A DNA stretch of 63,389 bases, filler included, from Craspedostauros australis (Eukaryota), in assembly GCA_030167865.1 (NCBI GenBank). It is 7 parts of 7 records of this genome, joined end to end, with 100 filler letters (N's around TTAATTAATTAA, not from the genome) between each part and the next. Parts side by side here need not be neighbours in the genome. Positions count along the whole stretch, not along the records: positions 60,306 to 63,389 come from JALAGF010005908.1; 6 more parts are not named here. One strand, given 5' to 3'. A program made the translations under genes and the position numbers. Shown here piece by piece: positions 60,306 through 63,389 of this stretch. The notes under the pieces were generated by a model. It was not told the DNA's origin. It saw nothing but the letters and a program-made list of their open reading frames with translations, and ran no database searches. How positions within the stretch are numbered: the first letter of the stretch is position 1; every line of letters begins with the position of its first letter.

Positions 60306-61295
60306 TGAGGCATGAGCACCATCGTCTTGGCTCACGACTTGCAGAGCATCGATGCTCAACCGAGGTGATTGACAGGAACATCCGCCTCATCAACAAAGTT
60401 GGGAGTACCACAAAGGAGGACATGTGGGNNNNNNNNNNNNNNNNNNNNNNNNNNNNNNNNNNNNNNNNNNNNNNNNNNNNNNNNNNNNNNNNNNNNNNNN
60501 NNNNNNNNNNNNNNGCACTCACACTCTGCATGGGGTTGCTGGTTGGTTCGTTGGTTGATTCGTTGGTTTCTTCTTTTGCTCGTCAAGCTCTCTGGATGCT
60601 TGGACTGCACTGGCTCGTCGGTTCTTGTCTTTCCGCCACACTGGCACTGGTCGCTTCGAAGATTGGAATGGATGGTGGCCCTGGAATTTGTTGCTTCAAC
60701 AACGAGTGATCGCTCCTCCTGGGGCTTGGCAAGGATCTCGACTGCAGTGTTGGCGCAATGGCGGAAGTGCAACTCCGGGAAAGATGAGAACGATAGCGTG
60801 ATACGGGACGGTCGATAGAACCGCGCAGCAACCATGCTCCTCGCGGCTTCTCATCATTTCCCTCTGCCTTGTTCGCCATGTNCTCTTCGTNGATNGNCTC
60901 TTCCANAAACTTGGATCNGCTGGCANCGGCACTGTCGCTTTGGATCTGCTTGGCAGTGTGACTTGGAGTAGANTGCTCTGTGTGCGAATCCGGCGGCACG
61001 GTGACGACCGCACCGCGACGACCGCACGGCTTGTGAAAATGGTGCTGCCATGTCTCCATTGTCTGTGCAACGAACCAACAACGATGCTCATGGCGGAGTA
61101 TGGATGGAACCACGGACGTCCAACCTGCTCGTGAATGACATCGGCAACATCCCTGTGTGCGTATGTACTGTAGAGAGCGCACCAGAGTAGTCGTAGACAA
61201 GGAGGAGGTAGCGTGGAAGCAGTATCCAGCCCTTCAATCTCTTCAAGCATCTGGTGCCTTTATCACAGCGTTCTATTGGACACGCAGATATAGCA
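60306..61295. repeat. Second copy of the ~1-kb dispersed repeat (homolog of 38820-39795)
   Basis: The reverse complement aligns by eye along its length with 38820-39795. Confidence 0.85.
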
Positions 61296-61299
61296 CTGT

Positions 61300-62030
61300 G
61301 CCCTCATCCTCATCTACAACCTTGTACAGGTCCATCATGAACATACGACTGTACTCATCATCGATACAATCACTCTCCGTTCTCCCACCGCGGAGGACAA
61401 AAATACTTATCATCAGTTGGGGGTTGTAGAATCAGTTTGCTTAAATCTAGATGAGTGAACATATCTTTCTCACTTTCAGCTGCCACTCTCATTGCTGTAT
61501 CGTTCGACACCACGCAGTTGTGTTGATCAGTGAATATCAACGCATCTATCATGGTGTCCTCTGTGAGATGCTTGTGGACCAACTCCATTTCCAGAACAAG
61601 CTTGAGTAGCCAGAAGCCGAACTCGTTGGCCACAAGGATCAGCTGTTGCAGATCGTCCTGCCNNNNNNNNNNNNNNNNNNNNNNNNNNNNNNNNNNNNNN
61701 NNNNNNNNNNNNNNNNNNNNNNNNNNNNNNNNNNNNNNNNNNNNNNNNNNNNNNNNNNNNNNNNCGACAGTTGTTAATACAGGATATCTTGCCTGTGTAG
61801 ATGCATTGGAGGACGTATCGGATGTGTTTTGGTTGAAGATTGGGAAGAAGGATGGTTGTTTGGATGGGTTCAGTTCCATCGTGAGCGTCATCATTCGTGC
61901 GGTGAAGTTGGGTTCCTTTGTCGATCAGTGTCTCAATGGATGGGAGTGTGATGATGAGGGTTTGGGCGTTTGCCTTGGTTAGTTGCTGTTGGTCGCCCTG
62001 TCCACACAAGAAGATGGTGTCTGTCCTGTC
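61300..62030 (-). pseudogene. Degenerate BTB/POZ-like gene, paralog of 33740-34560
   Basis: PNLQPKHIRYVLQCIYTGKIS, QDDLQQLILVANEFGFWLLKLVLE and DALIFTDQHNCVV. Frameshifts and an N gap. Confidence 0.6.
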
Positions 62031-62060
62031 CTCGGTTTGGAAGGATCTGAGCTAGTCTTC

Positions 62061-62729
62061 TCAAATGTTGATGTTGGTCCTCTTGTTGCTGCTGTGTTTG
62101 TGTTCATTCTCTTGCCTCTTTCGCTTCAACTGCTGTCCCAACTGTTCTTGTGATTGTTCATTTGCTTGTTCGTTTTGTTGTAAGCGCTGCTGCAGTTGTG
62201 GGTGAGCTGAAGGCGAAAGTCCTCTGATGAGGGACTCGATACACTCCAGGTGGTTGTTGTGGCATGCCCGATGAAGGGGAGTGGACCCGTCGTTGTTTTG
62301 GCAGTTGATGTTCGCCCCACATGATTCGATGAGGTACTTCACACACTCCAGCTGGCCGATGTAGCATGCGTGATGAAGGGGAGTGTCACCATAGTTGTCT
62401 TGGCAGTTGATGTTCGCGTCACATGATTCGATGAGGTACTTGACACACTCCAGGTGGCCCCAGCGGCTTGCCTCATGAAGGGGAGTGTCACCATCCCAGC
62501 CTGTAACCTTGTTGACATCAACTCCTTCATTCTGTGTCTTGTTCTGTTTCTTCCATTCCCTCAACACCGACAAGTCACCTTCCCAGGCAGCACTAATGAG
62601 TTGTCTGTGCGTAACATACTGCATTTTGAGAGGATGGTCGATGGTTGGTGGACGATTGACGTTGGACGTTGAACGATTGGCGTTGGATTGACTGTCGAGG
62701 AAGTGTGCTGTTCGAGCAACCCATGACAT
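62061..62729 (-). CDS. Ankyrin-repeat protein (3-4 repeats)
   Basis: GDTPLHEASRWGHLECVKYL, GDTPLHHACYIGQLECVKYL and GSTPLHRACHNNHLECIESL. Start codon uncertain. Confidence 0.88.
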   Translation of the reverse strand: MSWVARTAHFLDSQSNANRSTSNVNRPPTIDHPLKMQYVTHRQLISAAWEGDLSVLREWKKQNKTQNEGVDVNKVTGWDGDTPLHEASRWGHLECVKYLIESCDANINCQDNYGDTPLHHACYIGQLECVKYLIESCGANINCQNNDGSTPLHRACHNNHLECIESLIRGLSPSAHPQLQQRLQQNEQANEQSQEQLGQQLKRKRQENEHKHSSNKRTNINI

Positions 62730-63389
62730 GTGTGTTGTTGATGTGTTGGAGTGTGGGGTTGAGCGGTGCGTGCGGTTGCCTCGTTTCAATGTTCTCCCGT
62801 TTCTCTCCTCGTTTCTCTGTTTGTCCACTTCTTGATCGCACCCTGGTTTGGGAGAGGGCACCAGCGCTGTCCTGAGAGTGTGCGCATCCTTCCTTTTGCT
62901 GACTGGGAGTTGTCGGAAAAAGAGAAAATCACGTTTTTTGTGTCGGAGTCTGTTCACAAATGACAAGAAACTGCCAGTTGCCAGTTCGCCACACGTGATG
63001 GAGCGCACCCAATTCGAGATGTTCGACCCATACGACTACTACAAGAATGCCGAGTTGGTTCACGAGAGCAAACGATCATCTCTGAGTCCCGCATTGTGGC
63101 GTGTGTGGGGATGGGATTTCCTCGCTGCGGCGGTGTTTTTGTGTTGCTCATTCTCGTCACACTTTGCTGCGGTGGTCCGGAAAAAGCACCGTCTTCTTGG
63201 TTGGCAGAACAAGTCTTTTTCTTCTGGTTTGTTGGCTTGTACTACTGTTATATTGAACTCATCAAAAGCCCACCAGAGACGATCGAGTATCGTTCCTGAC
63301 CCCACGCCATGTACCTTCTTGACGATGTGATGCGTTTGATTCCCATCAGTGAGAGTTGCTTGCAGGGTAGAGTGCGAGGAATCCACCAG

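Overview
Eukaryotic nuclear DNA, most consistent with a diatom (inferred from GT-AG introns, Q-rich genes, a Copia element and an Ambal-like LINE). The window is not one contiguous locus: six identical 100-nt linkers (44 N + TTAATTAATTAA + 44 N) join seven contigs, A 1-28714, B 28815-33161, C 33262-44759, D 44860-49457, E 49558-58802, F 58903-60205 and G 60306-63389. Contig A is gene-dense. It carries two convergent paralogous Q-rich genes sharing an uncharacterised Cys/His 'CRARGMP-DHNFK-TAYF...AKRNF..RHDH' domain, a RanBP2-zinc-finger/TM/metzincin protease, a GT8 glycosyltransferase with degenerate catalytic motifs, a PIP5 kinase, a glycerol-3-phosphate acyltransferase, an HPAT/SGT-like glycosyltransferase and an AlkD-like glycosylase. 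Contigs B and D are homologous units of an apparent tandem LRR-like gene array carrying different cargo. Contigs C and G share an ankyrin + BTB-like block but differ by a ~4 kb indel, and C also holds a putative DDE transposase. Contig E has a 5'-truncated LINE with RNase H, a small hypothetical gene, a DOT1-like methyltransferase and TatD. Contig F is a Copia RT/RNase H fragment. All calls come from manual motif recognition; no database search was run.
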